NCBI GenBank assembly: GCA_000004695.1
Contig: CM000153.2
Location: 3,424,001-3,488,000 of the forward strand
Source: Dictyostelium discoideum
Taxonomy: Eukaryota
Direction: 5' to 3'
DNA: 64,000 nt
In this document: in pieces, positions 12,021 through 26,203 of the stretch
How the letters are laid out: the number at the start of each line of letters is the position of its first letter
Position numbering within the stretch: the stretch's first letter is position 1
Notes under the pieces: generated by a model
What the model saw: the letters and a program-made list of their open reading frames with translations, nothing else
The model's database searches: none
What the model was told of the DNA's origin: nothing
Program-made: the position numbers and the translations under genes

Positions 12021-12218
12021 GAATGGAAATAACCATTCCATTAAAATGGTTTGAATCAATAAAAATGAATATTAATAAAGGGATTGGTTTTTTTTTTTTT
12101 TTTTTTGACTTTGTTTTTTGTTTTGTTGTTTTTTTTTTTTTTTTTTTTTTTTAGTTTTTAAAATAAATGGAAATAACCATTCCATTAAAATGGTTTGAAT
12201 CAATAAAAAATGAATATT
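12021..12218. repeat. two copies of a ~55-bp element with an internal palindrome (AATGGAAATAACCATTCCATTAAAATGGTTTGAATCAATAAAAATGAATATTA), 3' of the 12262..13972 gene
   Basis: Copy 1 at about 12021..12075 and copy 2 at about 12165..12218 are near-identical. Each contains the inverted repeat aatggaa/ttccatt. Confidence 0.6.
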
Positions 12219-12261
12219 ACATTCTATTGGATAGTTAGTTGATTTTCTTTTTTTTTTTTTC

Positions 12262-13972
12262 CTAGAAACCACCATATTCTGGACCATCAGTTGGTTTTGG
12301 AATAAGTCTGCTTGATTCAGTGTTAACGATTTGTTTCTTTGATTTTTTATAACTAACATATTTCCAAATTACACCAATACCAATTAAAACGATAGCAGCA
12401 CTTCCAAAACTTACGATATATAACCATTTATTTGCAGAGCAACCAGAGGAACCAGAATTTGAGGAGAAAAACAATTGACAAGAATCTGGAGATATTGCAC
12501 CATTTGTGCAGTATTTATCTTGTGGACAACTAAAAGGTGCAGCCATACCAGAGTTTGGACAATATGAACCATCTGGACATTTTATACAATCTTGAATTGA
12601 AGAACCACCAGAGTTTGGATTATATGAACCTGGACTACATTCAAGACAATAGGATTGACCTTGGAATGAGTTGAAAGTACCAGCAACGCAAAGTGAACAG
12701 AATGATGAGGGTTTGTATGAATAAGAGCCAACACCACATTCGACACATTTACCTTTGAATGAATAGGCACCAGGATCACATTGAACACATTCTGTATGGT
12801 CATCATTACTAGTGTAGCCTGCATCACATTCCAAACATTCACTTGATCTATTACCCAATGTTATTGAACCATCTGGACATGGTAAACATTCACTTGCACC
12901 GCTACTTGAAGTGGTGCCTTGAGTGCAACTAAGACATTCAGTGGATCCGATTGCATTTGAATAAGTACCTGCATCACATTGTTGACAGAATTTAGTCTCT
13001 ACACACCCACCTTTAATACTACATTGTGAACATTCTGTAATTGATTCATTTGCAAAGAATCCTAAATCACATAATGTACAATCTTGATTTGGTGTTGGTG
13101 ATGGAGTTGTTGTTGGTGTTGGTGATGGTGTTGGTGATGGTGTTGGTGATGGTGTTGGTGATGGGGTTGGTGATGGTGTTGGAGATTTAGTTGGTGACGG
13201 GGTTTCAGTTGGTTTGGGTGTTGGTTCTTCGCTGCTACTATTTTTGCTACTACTATTATTATCAGTGCTGCTATCTTCACTGCTACCTTTATGACCTTCG
13301 CTACCGCTACCTTTACTATCTTCACTTCCTTTACTATCCTCACCACTACTGCTACCTTTATGACCCTCACTACTGCTACCTTTATGATCCTCACTACTAC
13401 TACCCTTATGATCCTCACTGCTACCTTTACTATCCTCACTGCTGCTCTTATGATCACTACTTCCTTTATTATCTTCGCTGCTACTGCTATTATGATGATG
13501 ATTATCACTTGAGCTATTTGTTGAATTACCACCATTATTTTCATGTGATGAAGAGTTTGTTGGTTTTATACTACCACTACCACTACCACTACCCTCTGAA
13601 TCTGATTTACCACCAGCACTATCACTATTGGTGTTAACTGGTAAATCTTTATTTAATCCATCATTTATTCTATTATTATTATTATTATTAATGTTATCCA
13701 ATTCTGAAATTGATATTTTAATCTTTTTACCATGAACTAAAACTAAATTTATATATATATATATACATTTTTTTAAATTTATATTATATAACTTGTTAGA
13801 GTTTATTTTTATTTTATTTTAATAACTCTTCCCTCTAACCCTCTCTTCCTTTTCTTCTTTTTCTTGTTTTTAATTAATAATTTAAATACATACCATTGTT
13901 ATCAATTGAATGGCTCAATAATAAAGATAAAAGTAAAGTAACAAATAGAATTTCTAAAAAATACTTCCTCAT
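12262..13972 (-). CDS. secreted type-I membrane glycoprotein: signal peptide, Ser/Gly/His-rich and (SPTP)n mucin-like region, ephrin-receptor/TNFR-like Cys-rich repeats, C-terminal TM; 2 exons: complement(join(13894..13972,12262..13742))
   Basis: Exon 1 (ATG at 13972..13970) encodes MRKYFLEILFVTLLLSLLLSHSIDNN, ending in phase 1 at donor GTATGT (13893-13888). An acceptor AG at 13744-13743 (alternative 13738-13737) joins in frame to the long ORF. The ORF carries SPTPSPTPSPT repeats, then repeated CxxCxxGxYS-type Cys modules (CLSCTQGTTSSSGASECLPCPDGS...CVQCDPGAYS...CLECSPGSYN). A TM follows (LYIVSFGSAAIVLIGIGVIW) with a short tail. Confidence 0.65.
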
Positions 13973-15403
13973 TCTATTTTAACTTTTTTTTTTTATTTTT
14001 TTTTTATATACATAAACTTTTATTCTTACAAATTTTTTTATTATTATTATTATTGTTTGTTTTGTTTTGTTGTATTTTATTTTGATTTGTTTTTTGTTTT
14101 GTTTTTTTTTTATTTTTTTATTATGAATTATTTTAATAAATAGATAATATTCGTATATTACTAGTGGTATGAAACAAAACGCATATATTACAATAATATT
14201 AAAAAAAAAAAAATAAAACAAAATAAAAAAAAAAAAAAACAAAAAAACTAAGAAAGATATTCACAAAACGTGAAAATTTAAAAAAATAAAAAAAAAAAAA
14301 AAAAAAAAAAGTTTGAGGAAAAAAAAAAAAAAAAAAAAAAAATAAAAAAAAAACAAAAAAAAAAAAAATAAAATTTAAAAAGTTTACTAGTTTTGTTTTT
14401 TATTTTTTATTTTTTTTTTTTTCTAGAAAATAATGCTATATTGTTATTTATTACTGTTTATATTTTTAAACTTATTATTATTTTTTTTCTTTGTTTATGA
14501 TGTATTTTGTAAAAAAAAAAAAAAATAAAAAAAAAAAATAAATAAAAAAAAAAAAAAAACAATTTTTATTTTTTAAAAATATTATTAATAGAAAAAACAC
14601 AATTTTTTTTTTTTCTGCTTCACACACCAACACCAAAACATAATACACACACCTCAATTGATTTATTATTATTTTTATTGTTTATAATTATTTCTTTCCA
14701 ATTATTTTTCCTCAAACAATTTTTTATTATTATTTTTATTTTTTTTTTGTGTGTGAAAAAAAGAAATAATTTGTATTTTAATTCATTTTTTTTTTTGTTA
14801 TAAAAAAAAATAATTATACGAATTTGGAAGAAAAAAAGAAATCGAAGTTTTAACAAAGTAAAAAAAAAATATTTCCAAAATAAAATAAAAAATTACCAAA
14901 AATATTCGAGTGTTAGACTTTTTATTGCACAAAGAAATGGAGAGGTTTTGATATTGATAAAATTCATCCAGTTATGGATATATATATATATATATATATA
15001 TAAATAATATTCAAATTAAAATAAATTAATGGAAAAAATGAATATCCAAATAACTATTTTTTTTTTTTTTTTCCAAAATAAAATAAATTTAAACAAATTC
15101 TTACTTTTTTTATGATTTGTGATGAAGAATATTCTTACTTTCTTTTAAATATAATTCCTAAAAAATATAATTATTTCTTTTTTTTCTATTTTTTTTTTTT
15201 TTATTTACAACTAAGAAAATATTCAAAGAATTTTTTTTTTAATCAATTTTAATTCTTAAAATAAATGAGAAAAAAAAAAAAAAAAAAAAATTTAATTTTT
15301 CAACTTTATTTCACAAGATTTTTTTTTTTGTTTTTAATAACTGGCTTTTTTTCATAAGATTTTTTTTTTTTTTTCACTATATTTTTTAGAAATTAGAAAC
15401 AAA

Positions 15404-16564
15404 ATGGAAACAAATAATGAAATTTCCACAATTTTAGATTTATTCCCAAATTTAACAATTAAACAAGCAACAGATTGTTTAAAAACTTGTAATAATAATA
15501 TTGAACAAACAATTAATTATTTAGTAGAGAATATTGATATTGTTACATCAGTAAATACAAAAGTTGGTAGTGGTAATATTAAAAGTACTGATGATATAAT
15601 TAATAATTCAACAACCACAACAACAACATTTAAAACTGAAGAAGATATTGAAAATGAAAGATTATTTAAAGAATTTATGGAAAATGAATTAAAACAATCA
15701 GAAATTAAAAATTCAAGTAAAACTCATTTATGTATGGTTTGTTATTGTGAATTGCCAATAACCGATTTTTATATCCTAGATGAATGTAATCATAAATATT
15801 GTAATCTCTGTTTAAACACACATTATACAATGCAAGTACGTAGTGGATACAGTGACCTAAAATGCCCAATGCCAACATGCAGATACAAACCGACCTATGA
15901 AGAAGTCCAACATATTCTATCAAAAGATTATTTTGAAAAGTATGATAAAATCTTAGTAAATGTTCATTTAAATAAAGATAAAAACATTCGTTATTGTCCA
16001 GAAATCGATTGCGGTGCTGCAATTATCATGCCATCAGATAATAATAATTCAACAACTCAATCTGTAGAATGCTCAAATCAAGAATGTAAATCATCATATT
16101 GTTTAAATTGCAGAGAGCCATCGCATAGCGGTCTCACCTGTGAGCAATATGAAACTGCCAAATTAGAATTAGCAGAGTTAATGGAAATTGAAGAAAATCA
16201 AATGACCTTCAAGCAAAGATTAATGGAGTTATTCAGTCAAGGTGATGCAAATTCCATACTCTATGATAAAACTCCACCAAAAAGAGTAAGAAATAGACTT
16301 TTCTTTCTCGCCAAAAAATGGGGTAGATATGTCAATACCGATAGAATTCACGAATTACAAGTATCAGCATCAACTTTAAAATGGGTTCTTGAAAATACAA
16401 AAATATGTCCAACTTGTAAAATTATTATTGAAAAAATTGATGGTTGTAATAGTATGGATTGTGTTTGTGGTACAAACTTTTGTTTTGGTTGTGGTGTTAA
16501 AAGAACTGAACATACTGCCAAAAGATTCCCATGTTATGATCCATATTATTATGATTCTTATTAA
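15404..16564 (+). CDS. RBR-type (RING1-IBR-RING2) E3 ubiquitin ligase with N-terminal UBA/CUE-like segment
   Basis: CMVCYCELP...CNHKYCNLCL (RING1), YCPEIDCGAAI...CSNQECKSSYCLNCREPSHSGLTCEQY (IBR) and CPTCKIIIEKIDGCNSMDCVCGTNFCFGCG (RING2 with the catalytic Cys context) are present. The N-terminus ISTILDLFPNLTIKQATDCLK...TINYLVEN looks UBA/CUE-like. Confidence 0.8.
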   Translation: METNNEISTILDLFPNLTIKQATDCLKTCNNNIEQTINYLVENIDIVTSVNTKVGSGNIKSTDDIINNSTTTTTTFKTEEDIENERLFKEFMENELKQSEIKNSSKTHLCMVCYCELPITDFYILDECNHKYCNLCLNTHYTMQVRSGYSDLKCPMPTCRYKPTYEEVQHILSKDYFEKYDKILVNVHLNKDKNIRYCPEIDCGAAIIMPSDNNNSTTQSVECSNQECKSSYCLNCREPSHSGLTCEQYETAKLELAELMEIEENQMTFKQRLMELFSQGDANSILYDKTPPKRVRNRLFFLAKKWGRYVNTDRIHELQVSASTLKWVLENTKICPTCKIIIEKIDGCNSMDCVCGTNFCFGCGVKRTEHTAKRFPCYDPYYYDSY

Positions 16565-16714
16565 TAATAAAAAACAATTTTATTTTACAATATTATTAAA
16601 GTTTTATATAAAATTTTATTTATTTATTTATTTAATTATTTAATATTATATAATATTATTTTATTTATTTGTTATCACTTTTTTTTTTTTTTTTTTTTTT
16701 TTTTATATTTTGAT

Positions 16715-19406
16715 TTAAATACCAACAATTGATTTTAAAAATATTGAAGATAAAATTTTACCCATTTTCTTTTTATTATCGGCTAATTGTATGAATGGAT
16801 GTTTTAATAATTCTTGAGCAGAAGGACGTTTATGAGGATCCATTTGCAAACATTTATTGATGATATCGTGGAATTCATCACTCCATTTATGAGGATCTTC
16901 AAAGGGATCTTTAATACCTTCAGAGCCTACCATAAACATAGTTTTGATTGGATTTTTACGGAGTTTATTATTTCTATTTGCCAATTCCAATAAACAGATT
17001 GCAGTTGACCAAATATCACAAGTGTAACCATGTTGTTTTTGTTGAATCATCTCTGGTGGCATCCAAATTGGGGAACCACACATTCTGATACGTTCACCTT
17101 TGGAAAGGTTAGCACAAAGTCCGAAATCGATTAATTTAATCTCACCACTGGTGGTCATCATAATATTTTGAGATTTAAGATCACGATGCACCAATTGAAT
17201 GCCATGTAAATAGGCTAGACCTTGTAAAACCTCCCTTGCAACATAAGCGATATTACTCTCTTGGAATGGATATTGATTGGAGGCCTCGGCCAATGTACCA
17301 CCCTCCATAAACTCCATAGCAATCCAAACTTCATCATGAAGCATATGAGAATTATAGTAAGTGATAATGTTTGGATGATTCGTGAATTCCAATACTCGAA
17401 TTTCCTTTACATTGAATTTCTTCTCCTTCTTTCTAACATGTGGTAACTTTTTAATGGCGATTCTAGATTTAGATTTATCCATATTGTTTCTCACTAAATA
17501 TACAGTACCAAATCCACCCTTTCCAACCTTTTCCCTAAACGTATAAAGTTTCTTCATCTCATTTGTTGGTTTCTTACAAATTTGGTCAAATGGTCTCTTA
17601 TAGAATGATTTTGCAACTACCATTTGTCCTGAACCTGCTGGATCCAATATCATTGGTGGTGTACAATTACCACAAACATTACCAACATTATAATATTTTG
17701 GTTTATCTGGTAAATTGGTTGGATCACTTGAATAAAATCTTTGCTTTGTATGAAAGTGTAATAATGATAATATAATTTCAAAATGTTCATCAACCGACTC
17801 TTGTTTAATATCCCATGTTTTAACCATAGTTTTATATTCATCTGGTAATGATTCAAAATTTGGTGAAATAATTGTTTTTGAATTTTTCATTCTATCTGAT
17901 CCATCATCATAATTTTCAATTAATTCTTGATCCATTAAATTTGTAATTGGATTATGATTTTGATGTTGTGAATTTGGTTCATTTGAATTATTATTATTAT
18001 TATTATTATTACTATTATTATTATTATTATTATTATTACCATTTTTACTACCATTACTACCATTACTTAAATCATTACCACCATCTGGTGATGTAGCATT
18101 TAATTCTGCAATTTGTTGTTTTTGTATCTTTTGAATTTGTTCCATATGATGTTTATATAATTCAGCTGGTGGTATATTCTTTAATGCTAATTGATGTTCT
18201 TTTTCTCTTTCTTCTCTTTCTTTTTCTTCTTTTGCTTCTCTAGCTTCTCTTTCTTTTTTACTTTCTTTCTTTTCTTTAATTTTTTCAACTTTTTCTTTAT
18301 TATTATTATTATTACTACTTTCTTTATCCATTTTATTAAATAATTTTTTTAATAAACCAACTTTATTTTTTGGTTTAATTGATGTTGGTGATGTTATTCC
18401 TGATGAATTATTTTTAGATGTTGATTCAATTTGTTCACTATTATTTGAAGATGAAGTAGTTGTAGTTGTAGTAGTTGTAGTAGTAGTAGTTGGTGGTGTT
18501 GTTGTTTGTAAATTTGTAAAAGAAATATTATTTGAAAAAATTGTAGTTTTCCTCTTTGATGACATATTATTATAATAATAAGATGTTATATCATTTATTA
18601 ATGTACAAGAATCAACTTTTTCAAAGTGTGAATGTTTTTTTGAAGTTCCAAAGAAATCATTATATCCAATTAAATCATGTGCTTGTGGTAATGAAAATAA
18701 TTCATACTTTATAAAATAGATTGATGCTAAAACTAATCCAAAACAACATTCTTGAATTACAACTGGTTGTGTTGGTGTTCTACCTAATATTAATTGTGAA
18801 TATTGTTCAAAACTTTTTGCAATTGATAATATATCTTCATCTGATTCAAATTCAATAATTTGATAAGAAAAATACTTTTTTTTTTTTTTAAAAAAAAAAT
18901 AAAAATAAAAAAACAACTATTATTAGTATATATATAAATTTAAATTTTTTCAAAAATATTATTATTATTGTTATTATTATTACTTTTTGAGTTTTTTCAT
19001 CAATTTCTAAATGTGGTTCGGGAAAACCTAAAATTCTAATTTTTTCATTTTCTTCAAATTTTAAATATTGATTTGACATTAATGCTCTGATATCACCAAC
19101 ATATAAACAACTATACAATTCACGTAATGGTGATAAAGCATCAGATAAACTTAATAATGGTAATGGTGTTATGTTTCCTTCTGATGGTGTATTCACTTCA
19201 CTATTATTTGTAATTACACCACTACCACTAATATTCAATGATTTTAAACTTGTAATGCTATTACTTAATGTATTCAATTGTTCATTATTATTATTACTAT
19301 TACTACCATTATTATTATTATTGTTGTTGTTGCTATTAGTTGTAGTATTATTATGACTACTTGCTACAGTAATTGTAATATTATTTAATGTACTATTATT
19401 ATCCAT
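16715..19406 (-). CDS. STE20/PAK-like serine/threonine protein kinase with long low-complexity N-terminal region; 2 exons: complement(join(18984..19406,16715..18873))
   Basis: Exon 1 has ATG at 19406..19404 and ends ...[13 protein letters not shown], with donor GTAATA at 18983. Acceptor AG at 18875-18874 joins in phase 0 to [16 protein letters not shown].... The C-terminal kinase domain has [30 protein letters not shown] and GSPIWMPPE (STE20 signature GTPYWMAPE). Poly-Asn and poly-Thr tracts and a KEKEE charged repeat lie upstream. Confidence 0.8.
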
Positions 19407-19431
19407 TTTTTTTTTTTTTTTTTTATTATAC

Positions 19432-19463
<32 letters not shown>

Positions 19464-20312
19464 TTTTACACTAAATATAAATGAAATTATTAATAAAATG
19501 TATTATTTTAAAAAAAAATTTTTTTTTTTTTTCCCTCTTTCGTAAGAGTTTATTTAATAAATTATTAAATATAGAAATACAGTGGGAAGGTATTAAATAC
19601 AGTGATGAAAAAAAAAATACAAAATTAATTTTTTTAATATATATTAAAATAATAATAATAAATTAAAAAAACAAATTATTATTTTTTTTTATTTTATTTT
19701 TTTTTTTTTTTTAATAAAATAAAATAAAATAATAACAATAATAAATTAAATTAAAAAAAAATGAAAATAAACTCTGAACAAAAAATATCAAAAAATGGTG
19801 TGTATTTAATATTGTACTACTGTGTATTTTTGTGCGTGTTTGTGTTGTGTTTGTTATATATGTGGTGTGTTATTGATTTATATAAATATAAATGTTTATA
19901 TATATATATTAAATTAAATTAAAATATATATTAATAAATTAATTTTTTTTTTTTTTTTTTTTACTTTGTTTTGATTTGTTTTGGTTTGCTTTTATTTTTA
20001 TTAAACTATTTTTATTTTTTATTTTTTTATTAAAATTATGAACCAACCAGAGACTATTTTTATTTTTTTTTTTTTTTTATTTTTTATTTTTTATTTTTAA
20101 ATCGGTAAAATAATAACTGAAAAAGTGATTAATGTGAGATATTTTTAAAGTGTGGTGTGATTCGAGTGATTACTCTCTATCATTTAATAAAGTAATAAAA
20201 AAATTAATTAATTAAAAAAAAAAAAAAAAAAAATGTATAGAAATAAAAAAAAAAAAAATGATAATATTAAAAAAAAATAAAATAAAAAAATAATACAAAG
20301 TGAGTTTGTGTG

Positions 20313-20360
<48 letters not shown>

Positions 20361-20382
20361 TCCCCCTAAAAATAGAAATGTG

Positions 20383-20433
<51 letters not shown>

Positions 20434-20806
20434 CTTTGAACTTAAATTTTGTGATTGAATGGTGCTATTGTTAATTATGATAAATATAAAAATATCTTTA
20501 CTTTTTATTGTTAATTTTAATTTACTATTATTATTATTTTTTTTTTTATTATCATTTTTTTTTTTTTTTTTTGTTTAATTTTTTTTTTTTTAATATTTTT
20601 TTATTTTTTTTTTTTAATTTTACCTTTTATTACTGTTTTTTTTTTCCCTTAAATATTTTTTTCAATTTTAAAAAAATAAAAATTAAAACCAATCAATCGA
20701 TGTTTTAGTTATAATTTGAGACCTAAATAATATTACAACTAAAAAATTGGTTGAAAGGCCCTTTGATAAGCCCCAAATTCTTTTGAAAGTTTGGTGGTTT
20801 TTAATT

Positions 20807-20846
<40 letters not shown>

Positions 20847-20857
20847 TTGTTTTCCCC

Positions 20858-20891
<34 letters not shown>

Positions 20892-20980
20892 AAAAAATTA
20901 ATTAAAATAAAAAAAAGATATTTTATAAAATTTTTAAAAAAAAAAAACGTTAATCTCAGATTTGTGACCACTTTTTTTTC

Positions 20981-21012
<32 letters not shown>

Positions 21013-21106
21013 TACTAAACAGTGTTTTGGGTTGAATAAAAAAAACTTTTCCTATTTTATTTCTTTTTTTTTTTTTTTTTTTTTTTTATACACATTTGGG
21101 CTTTCA

Positions 21107-22377
21107 CTAATTATTATTACCATAATTAATATTATTGTTGTTGACAAAATTATTATTATTGTTATTATTATTATTATTATTATTACTATTATTTCTATTG
21201 TTATTTTTGTTGTTTCTACTATTGCTATTTCTATTACTGCTATTCCTGTTTACATTATTATTATTATTATTATTATTATTATAAATATTATTATTATTAT
21301 TGAAATCATTTTGTCTTTTAATTTCAATTGATTCTAATTCTTTATAGAGTTCGTATTCTCTTGGTGTTAAAGAGGAGGGAGTTGGAATATCTATGACAAA
21401 GTTAACACGACAAGATCCAGTTTTTCCACCTTTTGAATCCTTAAAACCTAAATTTGGTATGGTTGTATAGTAGTTATCATGTTTATTATTTACATCTGAG
21501 AATGGTGGAATTGTGATACGATGTTGTTTACCATATATAGTGATGATATTTATAGATGCACCAAATATCGATTGAGTTACACCAATATGTGTATTGATAA
21601 TAACATCATTTGAATTTGGAATTCTCATAAATTGATCACTGTTTTCAACTCTCATTATTGCTGTTATACGATATTCGTCCATTGTCGATTGATTGAAATT
21701 TACTGAAAATTCTAATTCTTGTTTCTCTTTATCTTTTATACCTGCCGGTATTAATAGTTCATCTCTAACCATACTTTTAATTTGACCACTTCCGTTACAT
21801 TGACTACAATTATTATTGTTATTATTGTTATTGTTATTATTATTATTATTGTTATTATTATTACCATTTGGTAAATTTGAGGATGACGAATTTGGAGTTA
21901 TTGGTGGCGATGAACCTGATGATGATATTGGTTGAATTTTTGTACCTTTACCTTCACAATCTCTACATGTAAAACCTGAAAATACACCACTTCCATTACA
22001 TAAATCGCATGATATTATTTTAACTTTATTTCCACTATTTATTCCTCCATTATTACCATTGCTGACTCCACAATTATTACTACTATCTCCGCCATTACTA
22101 CTAATATTTCCATGACATTGATTACATTCCCTATATACTGGTATTGATAATTGTTTTTCACAACCAAAAACACTCTCCCTAAAAGTAACATCAACAACTA
22201 CCTTTTGTTTAAAAACACTCGGTGCTCTATTCGATGTTGGGTATAACAATGAATCAATAGGCGATAAAGGTGGAGAAAAAGAGGGTGATGGTGGTTGTGA
22301 TGCCCTATTATTTATATTATTATTACTATTACTATTACTATTGATATTACTATTACCATTGCAAGTATTGCTGTTGC

Positions 22378-22474
<97 letters not shown>

Positions 22475-23452
22475 GTTGTTATTATTGTTGTTATTATTGT
22501 TGTTATTTCCATAGTTATTACCATGGCTATTATATAAATTAGCATTATTATTGCTATTAATATAATTGTTATTGTTATTATTATTGTTATTATTATTGTT
22601 ATTATTGTTATTATTGTTATTATTGTTATTATTGTTATTATTGTTATTATTGTTATTATTGTTATTATTGTTATTGTTATTATTATTGTTGTTGTTATTA
22701 TTGTTATTATTGTTGTTAAAACCATTCATATTATTGATTTGTCTTCTATGCATTGCATGAATATGTTGAACAGTGTCATGCATACTATTATGAAAAGAAA
22801 AAGGGTCAGAGAATGAAGAATGCATTTGTTGATGCATATTATGGTGATGTTGATTTAGATGGGCTTGGTGAATGTTGTGGTGATGTTGTGAATGAGAGTT
22901 TGAAAACATAAAAGGTGAACCAAAGGGTGGAGGTGGAGGTGAAGGTGAAGGTGAAGGAGTTGTATGTGTAAAGAAATTTGAAGAACTAGCTTTAAAGAAT
23001 TGATTAAATATATCAAAGAAATTCGAACGTCCAAATTGATTATGCTGACTAAAGAATTGATCGAAATTATCGAAATTATTGTTATTATTATTATTGTTAT
23101 TGTTATTATTATTGTTGTTGTTATTATTGTTATTATTACTACTACCACCACCACCACCACTACCACCACTATTATTATTACTACTATTATTATTATTTCC
23201 TCTATTTCTATTATTTCTATTAAATAAAAGATTATCATATTCATATTTCTTTTCGGAATTGGATAATATTGAATATGCTTCTGTAATTGATTTAAATTTT
23301 TCTTCAACATCTAATTCGTTACCGATATTTCGATCAGGGTGATATTTTAGTGCTAATCTTTTGTATGCTTTTTTTATAACTTCAACATCTGTAACTGTTC
23401 TTTCAATTTCTAAAATTAAGTAATAATCTGGTAGTTCATTATTATAGTTCAT
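21107..23452 (-). CDS. type I DnaJ/Hsp40 (J domain + CxxCxGxG zinc-finger + DnaJ C-terminal domain) with extreme poly-Asn/Gln insertions, 781 aa
   Basis: The N-terminal J domain has [34 protein letters not shown] (HPD present). Zinc-finger repeats are present: [38 protein letters not shown]. The C-terminal substrate-binding region reads [33 protein letters not shown]. About half of the residues are Asn. Confidence 0.85.
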
Positions 23453-23650
23453 TTTGTGATTGTACGTTTTTATATATATATATATATATCTTATAATATA
23501 GATGTATTTAATAAAATTAATATTTATTTATTTATTTGTTTTTTATTGTTATATTTAAATAAATAAAATTTTGTGTGTCTTTTTAAATTTTTTAATTTTC
23601 AAAAAAATTTTTTTTTTTTTTTTAATTTTTTTTAATTTTTTTTTATTTTA

Positions 23651-23688
<38 letters not shown>

Positions 23689-24353
23689 GAATTAAAATTT
23701 AATTAAATTAAATAGAACGTTTTTATTATTATTATTATTATTATTTATTATTTATTATTTATTATTTATTATTATTATTTCGTTTTTTACTGTCTCAATG
23801 ATTTTGCTCTATTAAGTTATTGTTTTAGTTTTTGTATATTAAAATTTTAATAAAAAAAAAAATAAAACAATAACTTAATAGAGCAAAATTTAAAAAAAAA
23901 AAATAAATAAATTTTTTTTTTTTTTTTTTAATTTGTATTGACAAAGAGATATATATTTGCTCAAAAACAATTATTTTGTACAAAACAAGAATCTTTTTTT
24001 TTTTTCAATCAGTTCTTAATAAATTCTCCAAAAACACTGTCTTTTTTTTTAGTTGACTTGAAATTTTAAATTTTTATTTTATTTTATTTTTAATTTTTTT
24101 TTTTTTTTTTTTATTTTTTTTTTTTTTTTTTATTTTTTGAAAATTAATTAAATTTTTAAAAAAACCCACACTCTCGCATAAAAAAAAAAAAATAAAAAAA
24201 TATTTTATTAGTAAAATTTTTATTATTAAAATAAAAACAAACAATTAAAATCATAAATAAATAAATAATAATATCAAACATTTTGAACTTAGAAAATTTT
24301 CATACAAAAAAGATAAAAAGATTAGAGAAGAATAAATAGAAAAAAAAAAAAAG

Positions 24354-24757
24354 ATGCAACCAAACAATGGTTTCAACCTAAAGGTTGTTTATGCAGAAAA
24401 TGGTTATAGTTATACAATACCAGTAAACCCTTCTATTTCGTATGTATTCACTCCAAATACTCTCTCCCCTCTCATCCATATAATAAACAAATTATTTAAA
24501 TAATTACTAATTTGTTTAAAATTTAAAAATTTAAAAATAATTAGAATTGAAGATATAAAACATTCATTAGCCAATGCAACAAATCTTCACGTTAGTGACC
24601 AAATTTTATTATCGGATAAAACACATATAGCACCAAAAGGAACACTTGAATCATATGGTATTATTGTAAGTTTAATATAATCAATAGTTTTTATTTTTAT
24701 TTTTTTTTTTTTTTCTCAAAACCATCAAAAAAATAAAAATTAATTCTCATTTTTTTA

Positions 24758-24795
<38 letters not shown>

Positions 24796-25256
24796 AGATA
24801 AAGAGATTTATTTATATAATAGAAGAATTTTAGAAAATTTAAAATTAAAACCAGAAGAAATTGAAATTTCATTTAACGAATTTAGAAAAAGTAATTATAT
24901 TTTTTTTATTTTTTTTTTTTATTTTTTTAAATTGAAGATTAGGGAAAAACTAATTTTCTTTATTTTTTTTATAATATCTATAGTTCCAAAAACTCAAGCA
25001 CAAGGTTTACACGAACTTGAAACATCACAAAATTTATTAAATAAATTATATGCTATGGAATATTATTTGAATAATCATTTAATTGGAATAAAGTATATAA
25101 AGGACGAATTTGAAAAAAGATTATTAATATGTCAAAATTTCCAAAGTGATATTCACCATCAAAAGAGAGCATTAAATGCTGCCAATTATTCATTTTTTGA
25201 ATATAGAGAGTATGTTTAATTTATTTATTATTGAAAATATCTTCAATTTATTAATT

Positions 25257-25340
<84 letters not shown>

Positions 25341-26148
25341 ATTATTATTTTTAGAAATTTAATAAAGACAGCAAATAAATCATTTAAAGATTTTAGAAAT
25401 TTATTACCAAATTATGATTCAATATTATCATCATTTGAAATGGATATGAATAAATTGAAACAAATTAAATTACATGACTCATTGAGAACAAATAATTTAA
25501 CAGTTTTAGCTGATTGTATACCAGAGGGTGCTTTTAGAAATTGGTATAAACATTTAAAAGAAGAATTTAGTAAAGTAAAATTAAAAGTATCTGATACTGA
25601 AGGTCAATTAGCAATTTCAACAAAGAGTAGTGATATAGAATTAAAAAAGTTTGATGCTATAAAGTAAGTAATAATTAAATTAAAAAAAAAAAAAAAAAAA
25701 AATAGAATTTTATAAAATAAAACAAATTTATATTAATATTTAACAATTGTTAAATTATAGTATGAATGAACTTTCAAATAGAATGTTAATTTTAAAGGAA
25801 CACTTTGAGAGAGTTAAAACAACAGCTCAATCATTTTCTTCAAGTATGTAGATAATAATAATAATAAATGTTACAAAGATAGCCTATTAACAATTTTTTT
25901 ATCATTACTTTTATTAGATTATGAAAAGATTAAACAAACATTAAGTCAAGCTAGATCAATGAATGATTCAAATAGATTATCATCAATGTTATTAGGGTTT
26001 TTAGATATAAAAAGACAACAAGACGAAAGTTTTAATTTTTGCTCAAATAATCAAACTGCATTTGATGCAATAACTTATATTTATCAAACAAAGGTAATTT
26101 TAAAATTATATATATATATATATATTATTTAATTTAAACAATAGTTTA

Positions 26149-26203
<55 letters not shown>

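Noticed and set aside
11877-12359. Several 60-95 aa ORFs rich in K or F runs on both strands
   Set aside because: They arise from poly-A/poly-T tracts and the duplicated 55-bp element, and are low-complexity artefacts.
13062-13637. ORFs antisense or alternate-frame within the 12262..13742 exon (for example 13191..13637, rich in Y, C and H)
   Set aside because: They mirror the Ser/Gly/His repeat coding region of the real minus-strand gene.
16389-16643. 84-aa ORF overlapping the 3' end of the RBR ligase
   Set aside because: Alternate frame of the RING2 region, continuing into the AT-rich 3' flank.
22312-23342. Poly-I, poly-L and poly-P ORFs on both strands inside the DnaJ gene
   Set aside because: They are alternate-frame readings of (AAT)n/(AAC)n poly-Asn coding repeats.
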